Shown: piece after piece, positions 28,969 through 39,962 of the stretch | How the letters are laid out: every line of letters starts with the position of its first letter | How positions within the stretch are numbered: position 1 is the first letter of the stretch | Assembly: GCA_963699755.1 (NCBI GenBank) | Contig: CAVOVB010000010.1 | Span: 1 to 64,000, forward strand | Length of the DNA: 64,000 nt | Reading direction: 5' to 3' | Source of the DNA: an uncultured delta proteobacterium | GTDB taxonomy: Bacteria > Myxococcota_A > Polyangia > Polyangiales > Houyiibacteriaceae | Position numbers and translations under genes: made by a program | The notes under the pieces: model-generated | Seen by the model: the letters and a program-made list of their open reading frames with translations, nothing else | Databases searched by the model: none | Told to the model about the DNA's origin: nothing

Positions 28969-30753
28969 CTACCTGGCCTCCTCGGGGGACTCGTTCGCAG
29001 GCGCGGCATCGGCCTCAGACTCGGTCGCGGAAGCGGATCCGGCCTCTGCCGCCGCCGCCGATTCGACCGCTTCGGCCGCTTCGGCCGCTTCCACTGCTTC
29101 CGCCGCTGCCACCGCTTCCAAGCGGGCGGCTTCCTCTCGCGCCGCAGCGATACTTGCCAGCATCTTCACTTCGATGGGCGGCCATTCCGTGCTGACGAAC
29201 TCGGCTACAGCGGTTTTGAGAGCCTGCGCTCGGGCCGCACCGAGGCCCGACTTGATTGCAAGACGATCGGTGTCTTCTTCGGCCGCGATCAGGTCGACCG
29301 ATGAGTATCCGTTTTGCTCTAGCTTGTCGGCAACGCGCGCGTGGACGCCACGGACGAGAAGCAGCTTGTCACGCTCGCTCGGCGCCTCGGTGAGCTCGGC
29401 CATCGCCTCAAGACGCTCCTTGCGGAGGTCCTCCAGGGCACTCGCTGCATCCTCACGTAGCTTCGCGACATCGTCCGCCGAAACTCCCGGCACCGATGCG
29501 AGCTCGCCTTCGCTGGCTTCGACGACTTCATCGAGGCTGCGAAACCCCATACGATAAAGCGAGCGCGAGAGATCTTCGTTGGTGCTCAGGCGTGATAGCG
29601 CAGCCATCGCTTCCTCCTCGATCTGCTGGAAGCGAGACTCGCTGACGATGTCGAGCCGCCATCCGCTGAGCTGCGATGCGAGCCTCACGTTCTGACCGCG
29701 ACGACCAATCGCAAGGGACAGCTTCGCATCGGGCACGACGAGCTCCATGTTGGAGTTGCCTTCGTCGATGACGACGCGGACGACCTCGGCTGGAGCAATC
29801 GCATTACAAACGAAACGGGCGGGGTCACGGTCCCAGGGGACGATGTCGATCTTTTCGCCGCGAAGCTCCTGAACCACGGCCTGTACGCGCGAGCCTTTCA
29901 TGCCGACGCAAGCGCCCACCGGATCGACGTCGGAGTCACGGCTGCTCACCGCGATCTTCGAGCGAGCGCCAGGCTCGCGGGCCGCCGCGACGATTCGCAC
30001 GATGCCTTCGTAGATTTCGGGAACCTCCATCTCGAAGAGCTTCACGAGAATTCCGACGTCCGTGCGCGATAGAATGATCTGTGGGCCGCGGGCCTCACGG
30101 TCGATGTCTTTCAAGAGGGCAACGATGCGGTCCCCCGGGCGGTAGCTTTCACGCGGCGTTTGCTCACGGGGTGGCAACACGGCTTCAACGCCACGGCCGA
30201 GGTCCACGATGATGTTCGAGCCACGCTCGAAGCGACGCACGACACCGGTGATGATCTCGCCCTGACGGCCCTTGTATTCCTGGAAGACCCGCTCACGCTC
30301 AGCGTCGCGCACGCGCTGAATGATCACCTGCTTGGCAGTCTGCGCGGCGATGCGCCCGAAGCGGCTTCGGCTCTGATCGAGGCTCAGCAACTCCCCGAAC
30401 TGCTTATCCTGCTCGCGCGCCTTGTCGCGGTCCTCGGGAAGGTAGAAGATCTGGAAACCGAGCTCTTCGCCGATTTCCGCCTCGAGGCCGTGTGTTTCCG
30501 CTTCCTCGACTGAGATCTCTTGCTCACTGTTTTCCACCGACTGCACGACGGTCATGTACTGAAATAGATCGACCGCCCCGGTCTCGGGATTGAACCTCGC
30601 TTCGAGCTCGCGATCGGGACCAAAGGTTTTCTTCGCCGCCGTGAGAATCGCCTGTTCGGTCGCCTCGACGAGAATCTTGGCGTCGATGCCCTTCTCTTGA
30701 CTCACCTGTTCAATCACATGCTGAAGCGAGAGCGCGCTTTGCTGCATAGCCAT
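28969..30753 (-). CDS. nusA: Transcription factor NusA with long C-terminal extension
   Basis: [45 protein letters not shown]. Confidence 0.97.
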   Translation of the reverse strand: MAMQQSALSLQHVIEQVSQEKGIDAKILVEATEQAILTAAKKTFGPDRELEARFNPETGAVDLFQYMTVVQSVENSEQEISVEEAETHGLEAEIGEELGFQIFYLPEDRDKAREQDKQFGELLSLDQSRSRFGRIAAQTAKQVIIQRVRDAERERVFQEYKGRQGEIITGVVRRFERGSNIIVDLGRGVEAVLPPREQTPRESYRPGDRIVALLKDIDREARGPQIILSRTDVGILVKLFEMEVPEIYEGIVRIVAAAREPGARSKIAVSSRDSDVDPVGACVGMKGSRVQAVVQELRGEKIDIVPWDRDPARFVCNAIAPAEVVRVVIDEGNSNMELVVPDAKLSLAIGRRGQNVRLASQLSGWRLDIVSESRFQQIEEEAMAALSRLSTNEDLSRSLYRMGFRSLDEVVEASEGELASVPGVSADDVAKLREDAASALEDLRKERLEAMAELTEAPSERDKLLLVRGVHARVADKLEQNGYSSVDLIAAEEDTDRLAIKSGLGAARAQALKTAVAEFVSTEWPPIEVKMLASIAAAREEAARLEAVAAAEAVEAAEAAEAVESAAAAEAGSASATESEADAAPANESPEEAR

Positions 30754-30761
30754 CTACCCAC

Positions 30762-31262
30762 CTACTTCGAGAATCTATACACGAGGTTCGCCTGAGCGAT
30801 TTCCGCGTGTGGAATCAGAAGGACCTTACCGTCTTGATCGAGCTCGATGCTCTTATCGACCACCCTCAACAGCTTCCCGCGGAAGCGGCGCTGTCGTTCG
30901 ATTGGAGTCTGAGTCTTGAGCTTCACCTCGCGACCCGAAAAGCGCTCGAAGTCGGCCAGCTTCACCAGCGGACGCTCGAGCCCTGGGGAGCTGACCTCGA
31001 GGCGGAAGGAGCTGGAAGGAAGCAAATCTTGATGGACATCCAGACTGGTCGAGACGTCTCGGCTGACGCCGGTGCAATCTTCCAGGGAAACGCCACTTCC
31101 CACCTCTACCCCGGGCACCTCTCGGTCGATGATGACCCGAATCACAGCCCCTCTTGGCTCCCTCAGGTAGCGCACGTCGACCAGCTCCACACCATGGGCG
31201 TGGCAAATTGGCTCGATTAACTGCTCCAATGCGTGGATGAGCTGTTCGTTGGCCTGGGTCAA
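30762..31262 (-). CDS. rimP: Ribosome maturation factor RimP (TTG start inferred)
   Basis: VSLEDCTGVSR, LEVSSPGLERPL; start placed downstream of the leader hairpin. Confidence 0.93.
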   Translation of the reverse strand: MTQANEQLIHALEQLIEPICHAHGVELVDVRYLREPRGAVIRVIIDREVPGVEVGSGVSLEDCTGVSRDVSTSLDVHQDLLPSSSFRLEVSSPGLERPLVKLADFERFSGREVKLKTQTPIERQRRFRGKLLRVVDKSIELDQDGKVLLIPHAEIAQANLVYRFSK

Positions 31263-31280
31263 TTTCTGCTCTGGGTCCCT

Positions 31281-31316
31281 AAACGAAAAACGGGCGGGCC
31301 GTGGCGGCCCACCCAA
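31281..31316 (-). promoter_or_regulatory. rimP leader hairpin/attenuator
   Basis: Minus strand GGGTGGGCCG-CCA-CGGCCCGCCC followed by GTTTTTCGTTT, just upstream of rimP. Confidence 0.7.
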
Positions 31317-31475
31317 GAGAGGCAAACCAAAATTTCACGCAGGCACCTACCACAGCACCTCACCCCCCGCAAGCAAACTGACGCCATGACGATCTGTGTC
31401 GTTGACAGCGTGAAAGGCATCTTGGTATGCCCCGCCAGTAGCCCGGCCGGATCGGCGCGGGATCAGGAGGAAAGC

Positions 31476-32387
31476 ATGATGCGTTCGTTGAAGATCGGGC
31501 ACTGGGTTGCCCTTGTAAGCATGGCCGCCTTGGCGGCCAGTTGTGGGTCGACCCGTGAGTCCGCCTGGGACACCAGCGCAGGTTCGGTTCAACTCGATGA
31601 CGCGGCCCGGGCGCAAGTTGCCGAGCTCATGACCGCCGCTGAGGCCGCCTGGGCCAAGCGTGGAGATCCAGCGCAGGCCAAAGCTGCGGTGGATGCCTGG
31701 ACCAAGGCCGGGGAAATCGACCCGACGAACGTAGAGGCGCTCAACGAGCTGACGCACGCGATCTACTTCTACGCGGATTGTCACCTGCGCTTCGACGAGG
31801 ACAACCCCGACGCCTACAAGAACATGCACGAACAGGGCACCAGGGCAGCGGAGCGCGCCTTGTCGGCGATGTCGCCTGCCTTCGCCGACAAGATGGCTTC
31901 CGGCGAGCGCATCGAGGATGCGATCAGTGTTCTCAACGTCTCGGCGGTGCCGGCTCTCTACTGGCGATCCTCGAACCTCGGTCGCTGGGCCACGCTCGAG
32001 AGCTTCGCGACGCTTCTGTCCTACAAGGACGAGATCCGCGAGATCATGGAGTTCTGCCTCGCGAACGATCCAGACTATTTCTACAGTGGTCCAAACCGTT
32101 ACTTCGGCGTCTTCTATGCCAAGGCGCCAGGTTTCGCCGGCGGCGACATGCAGAAGTCGGCCGCTTACTTCAACACGGCCATCGACGCGTACCCGAACTA
32201 CTTCGGCACGCGAATCCTCATGGCGGAGGAATGGGCGGTCAAAGAAGACAATCGCCCGCTGTTCGAGGAGCTCGTGAACTTCGTTCTCAATGGCGACCCA
32301 AACGTGATCCCAGAGATCGTTCCGGAGAGCATGTGCGAGCAGCGCAAGGCCAAGAAGCTGATGGCTGAAATCGACGACACTTTCTGA
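31476..32387 (+). CDS. TRAP transporter TatT component (TPR lipoprotein)
   Basis: AASC lipobox, PALYW...LGRW, YFYSGPNRYFG...GGD; next to DctP; AGGAGG RBS. Confidence 0.85.
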   Translation: MMRSLKIGHWVALVSMAALAASCGSTRESAWDTSAGSVQLDDAARAQVAELMTAAEAAWAKRGDPAQAKAAVDAWTKAGEIDPTNVEALNELTHAIYFYADCHLRFDEDNPDAYKNMHEQGTRAAERALSAMSPAFADKMASGERIEDAISVLNVSAVPALYWRSSNLGRWATLESFATLLSYKDEIREIMEFCLANDPDYFYSGPNRYFGVFYAKAPGFAGGDMQKSAAYFNTAIDAYPNYFGTRILMAEEWAVKEDNRPLFEELVNFVLNGDPNVIPEIVPESMCEQRKAKKLMAEIDDTF

Positions 32388-32441
32388 TCTGAATAGGCCC
32401 AAGCGCGGCAGCGTCCACAGGGCCAGCCCGAGGAGAATCCA

Positions 32442-33455
32442 ATGCGTAAGTCCATAGTCTGTGTTGTGGCGTTTTTCGCCCTTTCCCTCCTGTTTGCTAG
32501 ACCCGCCCCAGCATCGGCACAGGAATACGTGTTGGAGATGGGGACAGTCGTCCCCGCGGGCAGCCCTTGGGCGCTGCAGCTCAAGCGCCTCAAGAAGTAC
32601 ATCGAAGAAGAGACGGGCGGCCGGATGAAGGTCAAGTTACGCCTCGGTGGCTCGAACGAGCGCTCGCTCGCTCGGCGGACTCAGATGGGCAGCAAGCAGG
32701 GCTTTGCCGGCTCGGTGGGAGGCCTCAGCTCGATCGTTCGTGAGGTGAACGTGCTCGAGGCGCCGTATGTGTTCGACACCGTGGAGCAGGCGGACAAGGC
32801 CCTCGATGACCCCGAAGTTCTCAAGCAGGTTCGCGCCATTCTCGCGGAGCAGAAGCTCGTCTTTGCCCTTTGGGGAGAGAACGGCTTTCGCTCGTACTTC
32901 AGCCGGCGCCCGATTCGCAGCCCCGACGACATGAAGGGGGTTCGCTACCGTTCGCAAGAAGCGATTGCCCACGTCGAAGCTTATAAAGCGCTTGGCGCAA
33001 GCCCGGTGACCATCGATGTCGCCAACACGATGACCAGCCTGCAAACGGGCGTCGTCGACGGCTTCGACAACACCCCGCTCTTTGCGATGGCCACGACCTG
33101 GTACCAGGGCCTGGACGACGGGGAGCGCAACCTCTTGCTCTCCAAGCACTCCTACCAGCCCGGCATCGTCGTGTACTCCAAGAAGTGGTTCGACACCCTC
33201 CCCGCGGACATCCAGAAGGTCCTCCTGAGCGTCCCCTACGACCTCACCACCTGGGGCCGCGAGCAGGTCCGCAAAATGGAACCGGTGCTCATCAAGAACC
33301 TCGTCCGCTACGGCTACGACATTCACGACCCGAGCAAGGCCGAGCTCCAGAAGTTCAAGGACAAAGAAAAGGGCGTCCCGGAGAACGTCGCAAAGCAGGT
33401 CGGCCCAGCGGGCGTGAAGCTCCTGAAGGCGGTCAACGCGGCACTCGCCAAGTAG
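32442..33455 (+). CDS. dctP: TRAP substrate-binding protein DctP (TatP type)
   Basis: Signal peptide, GTVVPAGSPW, GENGFR, LQTGVVDG. Confidence 0.9.
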   Translation: MRKSIVCVVAFFALSLLFARPAPASAQEYVLEMGTVVPAGSPWALQLKRLKKYIEEETGGRMKVKLRLGGSNERSLARRTQMGSKQGFAGSVGGLSSIVREVNVLEAPYVFDTVEQADKALDDPEVLKQVRAILAEQKLVFALWGENGFRSYFSRRPIRSPDDMKGVRYRSQEAIAHVEAYKALGASPVTIDVANTMTSLQTGVVDGFDNTPLFAMATTWYQGLDDGERNLLLSKHSYQPGIVVYSKKWFDTLPADIQKVLLSVPYDLTTWGREQVRKMEPVLIKNLVRYGYDIHDPSKAELQKFKDKEKGVPENVAKQVGPAGVKLLKAVNAALAK

Positions 33456-33479
33456 TCCCTCAAAACCGGCGGCCGCCAG

Positions 33480-34901
33480 TCACGGAGTTTCGCCGTGGAC
33501 ATAGACCCAGGTGCCTGGATTTTCCTCGGTCGCCATTCCCCCGTGCCAAACTTCCGGCAGGTCCGGCCCGGCCCAGTTGTAGAGCCACTTGGCGTCACGG
33601 GGCGCCAAGTTGATGCAGCCGTGGCTTCTTGGACGGCCGAAGCGGTCGTGCCAAAAGGCGCTGTGGAAGGCGTACGCGCCTTTGAAGTACATGACGTAGG
33701 GAACGTCTTCGAGCGAGTATGGCGGCTCGCCAGGCTCGTTGTTGTCCATTGTCGAGGTCAGATGCTTGCCGCGGATGCGGTAGAGGCCCGTGGGCGTGAG
33801 ATAGCTCTGCTCTGGGGTCGGCGCCCGACTCCGCCCAGTGGAGACCAGGGTGATGTACCGGGGCTGCTTCCAGTCATAGGCCACCAAGACCTGCCGGCTA
33901 AGGTCGACCTCAATCCACCGCTGCCCCTCCCCCACTCCTTCGGGTGGTGGGCTGGCCTCGATGACCATCGTCTCCGCCGCGCGAATCAATCTCCCGTCTC
34001 CAATCACCAGGTAACCCGTACCGTCGATCCGTCGGCGTGATTGCACCGGAAGCCAAGTACGCCTCTTCAGACGCTCACGATCGCCCTTAAGCTTCCCTCG
34101 GTCATTGAGCCGATAGACGATCGTCTCCTCGCTTCGGGTCACGGCGACGGGCAGATTCCAGCTTTGGCCATCGAGCACGTGCCCTTGGAACTCACTCCAA
34201 GGCTTGCTCCGCAGTTCCTTGGCGGGGACAAAACCGTTTTGCTGCGTGCGCCAATAGGTTTCGCCATCTCGTTCGAATCGTCGATCCAAGCTCACGTAGA
34301 AGCCTGGCTGAAGGATCCGAAGCACGAGCGGATGGTCGATGTCCGTCGTGGGCGCAGGTAGGTCGGGCTCTTCGGGCGCGGTCAGCTCGACACCCGCATC
34401 CGCGGGTTCAGGGGGGATCTGGTACAGTTCATCGGCACGTGGAATCCGCTTGTAGAGGGGGGTTTTTCGGCGAACGGTCACGTATTCGTATGGCATGACG
34501 GCGTTGCGGTCTGGTTGGCGCGCGCGAAGCTCCGGTAAGCGGTCGCCCGAGAAGACGATGATGTCGCGCCCTCTGCACGCAAAGCCTCCGGTGTCGAGCT
34601 CGTACCAACCCTCTTCGCAGCCTTCGTAGCCAAGGGGCTCGGTCGTGGTCGAGTGAAGGAGCGCGCCGGCACGCAGATAGCCGAGGCGCTCGCCTTCCGA
34701 GCTTGGCGCGGATCGTATGGGTGTGACGAAGCGCTTCGCGAACACGCGCTGCGGCGGCCCGAGATCACGCGGCTGCGGTGGACGCAGGGTCTCGAGAAAA
34801 GGAAGCGGGTCGTCGAGGCTGCAACCTGCGAGCGGGAATAGGGCCACAGCGCCGATCAGCACGCAGGCAGAGTCCATCAATGCTCGTCGTGTGCGCAGCA
34901 C
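33480..34901 (-). CDS. L,D-transpeptidase (YkuD) family protein
   Basis: WIEVDLSRQ, VSTG, TPTG, FHSAFWHDRFGRPRSHGCINL; start uncertain. Confidence 0.92.
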   Translation of the reverse strand: MLRTRRALMDSACVLIGAVALFPLAGCSLDDPLPFLETLRPPQPRDLGPPQRVFAKRFVTPIRSAPSSEGERLGYLRAGALLHSTTTEPLGYEGCEEGWYELDTGGFACRGRDIIVFSGDRLPELRARQPDRNAVMPYEYVTVRRKTPLYKRIPRADELYQIPPEPADAGVELTAPEEPDLPAPTTDIDHPLVLRILQPGFYVSLDRRFERDGETYWRTQQNGFVPAKELRSKPWSEFQGHVLDGQSWNLPVAVTRSEETIVYRLNDRGKLKGDRERLKRRTWLPVQSRRRIDGTGYLVIGDGRLIRAAETMVIEASPPPEGVGEGQRWIEVDLSRQVLVAYDWKQPRYITLVSTGRSRAPTPEQSYLTPTGLYRIRGKHLTSTMDNNEPGEPPYSLEDVPYVMYFKGAYAFHSAFWHDRFGRPRSHGCINLAPRDAKWLYNWAGPDLPEVWHGGMATEENPGTWVYVHGETP

Positions 34902-34931
34902 GGTCTCGGTCTGCTACGAACTGTCATTAGG

Positions 34932-36191
34932 ATGAGCACGGGTCAACAACTCGAGGCGTTTTCTACGACGTTCGGGCTCGTCGCATCCCTCGCGATACAT
35001 CTAGCCGCCCTCGCATCCCTGACGAGCGCCACTACCCAATACGACTTCGACTTCGAGCTCAAGCTTCCCGCGGAAGTGGAGTTCGGCCTAACCGGCGAGA
35101 TGGCGATGGCGCCAGCCGAGGAACCCCCAAGTGCAAGGGGCTCGCCAGACCCGAGATGGGCAGGCGACGCACAAGAGGCAGAGGATCACGCCCCCCCGAC
35201 AATCATCGACGCCGGCGTCCCCGACGCTGGCGCTGACACGGCAGCCCCGGAGCTCCCCATCGCTTCCCCGACCCTCTCGGGCCCCTCCCGCATTCCCCCC
35301 GGTGCACAACTAGCCCTACGCGTGGATCTCAGACGGATTCGCGAATCCGCTCTTGCTCCCGACGTCACCAGCTTCTTGCAGGGCGTTCCCGACTGGCAGC
35401 TGCTGCTGGATGGCTCGGGAATCGATCCCGTCGCCGACCTCGATCGCCTACTTGTTGCAACGCCCAACTTGGAGCGGTCCAGGCTGGTATTGGCGGGTCA
35501 GCACCGGCACGGTGAGAGCTTTGCACCCAAGAGTGTACAACGGCTGGCACGCTCCCGTGGAAAAACCGTGCGTTGGCGCCAACGCCATGGAGTGGCCACG
35601 GCACCCTGGCACAACCTCGATCAGACGCGTCGCACCATTGCACTTCTGAGTGCGCAGCACTTCAGCATTAGCCGGCGACAAGATCTCGAACGCGTCCTGG
35701 CGATGGCCATGGCGCGCGAGCTCCAGGACGCAAACAAGGAAGGACTCGTTGCGGCGAGCGGGCCCGCTGCCCTTCTGTCGATGGGCCCGGACGAAGCAAT
35801 CTCCTTGGAGATCGAAGGCGTGCACCGCTTCGTGCTTGGAAACATCAAGCATATACCAATTCGTTTGCGTCTGGCCGTGCGGGAAACCGGACGCGACGAA
35901 GCAACGCTGAGCGTTCTCGCAACCTATGCGACCGAAGACCTCGCACGAGACGCATCGGTCTACTGGAAGAAGGTCGCTGCGTTCTACTCGCAGCAGCTCA
36001 TCATGAGCCTAACCGGCTTTGGGAAGACCCTTAGGGAAATGGACTTTGCGCCCGAAGAAGAGCGAATCCGGATCTCATTCCGGCTCAGCGCCGACCAGAT
36101 TCGCTTCATCCTGAGTTACGCTGAGGGACGGCTGCGCGGGGCGCGGGGCGCGACAAACAAGGGCGCGGCACCAAGAAAAAAGGGGCCCTGA
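34932..36191 (+). CDS. Hypothetical membrane-anchored protein
   Basis: 419 aa ORF, N-terminal TM segment (LVASLAIHLAAL), Pro-rich linker, ends at a terminator. Confidence 0.7.
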   Translation: MSTGQQLEAFSTTFGLVASLAIHLAALASLTSATTQYDFDFELKLPAEVEFGLTGEMAMAPAEEPPSARGSPDPRWAGDAQEAEDHAPPTIIDAGVPDAGADTAAPELPIASPTLSGPSRIPPGAQLALRVDLRRIRESALAPDVTSFLQGVPDWQLLLDGSGIDPVADLDRLLVATPNLERSRLVLAGQHRHGESFAPKSVQRLARSRGKTVRWRQRHGVATAPWHNLDQTRRTIALLSAQHFSISRRQDLERVLAMAMARELQDANKEGLVAASGPAALLSMGPDEAISLEIEGVHRFVLGNIKHIPIRLRLAVRETGRDEATLSVLATYATEDLARDASVYWKKVAAFYSQQLIMSLTGFGKTLREMDFAPEEERIRISFRLSADQIRFILSYAEGRLRGARGATNKGAAPRKKGP

Positions 36192-36205
36192 AGGGCCCCT
36201 CTTTC
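36175..36205. terminator. Bidirectional rho-independent terminator
   Basis: AAAAA-AGGGGCCC-TGAA-GGGCCCCT-CTTT between convergent genes. Confidence 0.85.
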
Positions 36206-36226
36206 TCGATTCTTGCTCTCAGCGAC

Positions 36227-36541
36227 TCAGAGGACCAGGTCCTTGAGCTTCTTGAGAGGCGTTGCGCGGATCTTTTTGGACGCGGGCTTGGGCGGAAGCA
36301 TCATCTCCTCGCCGGTTGCCGGGTTACGTCCCATCCGAGCGGGTTTCGCCGCAATCTTACGAACCTTGAGCTTGATCATATCGGGAATGACAAACTCCCC
36401 TGAACCACGGCGACCAAGCTCTTTTTTGACGAGGTCTTGAAGTGCATCAAAAACCCCGACGATTTCCTTCTTGGTGAGGCCAGTCTTCTCGGCCAGCTCG
36501 CTCATGGTCTGGGCCTTTGTCATTCGCTTGCCCGCTACCAT
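36227..36541 (-). CDS. HU family DNA-binding protein
   Basis: MTKAQTMSELAEKTGL, ARMGRNPATGE; AGGAGG RBS. Confidence 0.93.
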   Translation of the reverse strand: MVAGKRMTKAQTMSELAEKTGLTKKEIVGVFDALQDLVKKELGRRGSGEFVIPDMIKLKVRKIAAKPARMGRNPATGEEMMLPPKPASKKIRATPLKKLKDLVL

Positions 36542-36927
36542 AGTTCCCTCCTAACTGTGTTCCCTGCCCCTTCTGTTCAAAAAAGGCCCCAAAAGAAAGC
36601 CCCAGACAGGTACGGCGCCATCTATGCCTGGGCTTTTCCTTGCTGACAAGGGTCTTTGTTTGGTTTCGCAAACAAATTTCTGGGGGTTAATCGATCCTCG
36701 CCTGCGCAAGAGTCGGCGTTGCAGCGCTGCCGTCCGCTGACCCCCGCTTTTGTACACAGCCGGTCCACAGCTTCGAGCCCCCAGGCCAGCCGTTTTTTCA
36801 TGGGCAGGTCCGAGAAGCTGAATCAATCTGATTTTCATGCACTTAGTGCCCAAAGCGAAAGCCATTTGCGAAGATCGTAAGCCACAATTGCCCTCGCACG
36901 CCGCCGGTTTTCCACAGGTGAGAAGGG

Positions 36928-37371
36928 TTAACGAGCGGCCTTCACGGCGGCCAAAAGATCCTCGGTCCGGGCTTTCATTTCACGTTCCTGCCCCCTGTTG
37001 GCGTGATCGTAGCCGAGGAGGTGGAGAAGGCCGTGCGCCAACAAAAAGGTCACTTCTTCGATGATCGGGCGATCGTGCTCGGCCGCCTGGCGCCGCGCGG
37101 TGGGGAGGGAAATCACCACGTCGCCGAGCAGCCCCGCGCTCGCCTCCGGCCCAGGTCCCTCTTGCATGGGGAAGGCGAGGACGTCGGTTGCCCTGTCCTT
37201 CTTCCGGTATCGGCGATTGAGCGAACGGATCGTTGCGTCGTCACAAAGGAGGATCGAAAGCTCCGCGTCGCGCAAGCCGAGGGACTCGAGCATCGCCTCG
37301 GCGCGCCAGAGAAGCTCGCCGTGACGAAACGGGCGTCGTTCGAGACGGCGTGAGCGGAGCCAGACAGGCAT
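36928..37371 (-). CDS. ybeY: rRNA maturation endoribonuclease YbeY
   Basis: LNRRYR...TDVLAF, LGDVVIS, HGLLHLLGYDH. Confidence 0.96.
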   Translation of the reverse strand: MPVWLRSRRLERRPFRHGELLWRAEAMLESLGLRDAELSILLCDDATIRSLNRRYRKKDRATDVLAFPMQEGPGPEASAGLLGDVVISLPTARRQAAEHDRPIIEEVTFLLAHGLLHLLGYDHANRGQEREMKARTEDLLAAVKAAR

Positions 37372-37454
37372 CGATCGGCTACTGGCTCCCGCCGCCGAGT
37401 GGGTCAAGCCGGACGGCAGGGTGCCCAGGTCATGCTGCTTGCTATGCTCGACCG

Positions 37455-38597
37455 GTGTTTGAGAAAGTACTGATCCTCCGCCGGGGAGAGGCCGCCACCC
37501 GCGTCGCGCGTACCTGTCGTAGAATGGGCGTCGAATCGATCGTCGTCGCCCCGAAGGACGGGCAAGCAAGCCGTCACATCGAGGCGGCCGATCGGAGCAT
37601 CATAGTCGACTTCGAGGAGGCCAAGGGCATTCCGACCGATCAGTTGCCCGCGATCCTCGAGCAAGCAGGCGCCGACGCGGCACACCTGGGCTATCAAGGC
37701 CAGCCAGAGATGTTCGAGCTCGCGAGCGCCGTCGAGAAGGCCGACATGGCCGTAGTGGGCACCGACCTCGACGTGTTGAGCGCGCTCGCCGACCAGTCGA
37801 CCATTCAAGCCGCCGCGGATCGCGCAGAGGTGCGCACGATCAATGACAGAAGGGACTCTTTGCGGCCTCGCGAAATCAGCGTGCTCGTTGCGGCGGACTC
37901 CCGTGGGGAAACCATCGCTATCGCGGAATGCGACCGAAGCCTATCGAGCTCTGAGCATACGCTGATCCACGAGACCCCTTCACCCGAGCTGATCTTTCGT
38001 ACCGACGGGGAGGCGTTTCGTATGTCGCTCTTCGAGAGCGCCAGTCGCCTGGCCGCCCAGCTTCGGTACGCAGGGCTTCTCGAGGTGATGTTTCAGATCG
38101 ACCCATCCGGCCTGTCCTGGGTCTCCGACGTGAGGATCGGCCTGCCCCGGCACCACACACTCATCGAGATGGTCACCGGGTTGGACTTGGTTGCAGCGCA
38201 ACTTCGTATCGCCTCTGGCGAACCAATCCCCGAAGAGCTCCAGACCGTCGAGCCCCGTGGTCATGCCCTCGACGCGTCGATCATCGCGCTCGACCGGCAG
38301 GATGCCGTCGTCTCCTCGTACTCGATTTCGCCGGCACCGCAGGGTCGCGTCCGTGCGACTTCCTCTGCCACCGTGGGTTTGCCGCTTCCGGCCGACGATC
38401 GTCCCTTGATCGCCAAGCTGAGCGCGTACGAGCCGATCCGCCACCGCGCGATCCTGTCGATGGACCGGATGCTCGCAGAAATGCGGGTCGAGCCGTTCTC
38501 CAACAACGTGCAGACGCTGAGGCGAGTCCTCAGCGACTATGCGTTCCGTGCAGGGCAGTACGACAGCGAATCGGCGTTGCGATTCGCGGCCGGCTGA
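37455..38597 (+). CDS. Degenerate biotin-carboxylase-like protein (B-domain deleted)
   Basis: VFEKVLILRRGEAATRVARTCRRMG, HTLIEMVTGLDLV, LIAKL; lacks GGGGKG and EMNTRLQVEH. Confidence 0.8.
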   Translation: MFEKVLILRRGEAATRVARTCRRMGVESIVVAPKDGQASRHIEAADRSIIVDFEEAKGIPTDQLPAILEQAGADAAHLGYQGQPEMFELASAVEKADMAVVGTDLDVLSALADQSTIQAAADRAEVRTINDRRDSLRPREISVLVAADSRGETIAIAECDRSLSSSEHTLIHETPSPELIFRTDGEAFRMSLFESASRLAAQLRYAGLLEVMFQIDPSGLSWVSDVRIGLPRHHTLIEMVTGLDLVAAQLRIASGEPIPEELQTVEPRGHALDASIIALDRQDAVVSSYSISPAPQGRVRATSSATVGLPLPADDRPLIAKLSAYEPIRHRAILSMDRMLAEMRVEPFSNNVQTLRRVLSDYAFRAGQYDSESALRFAAG

Positions 38598-38612
38598 CGT
38601 CCCGATCGGCCC

Positions 38613-39947
<1,335 letters not shown>

Positions 39948-39962
39948 CTAGGCTCCGCCGCC

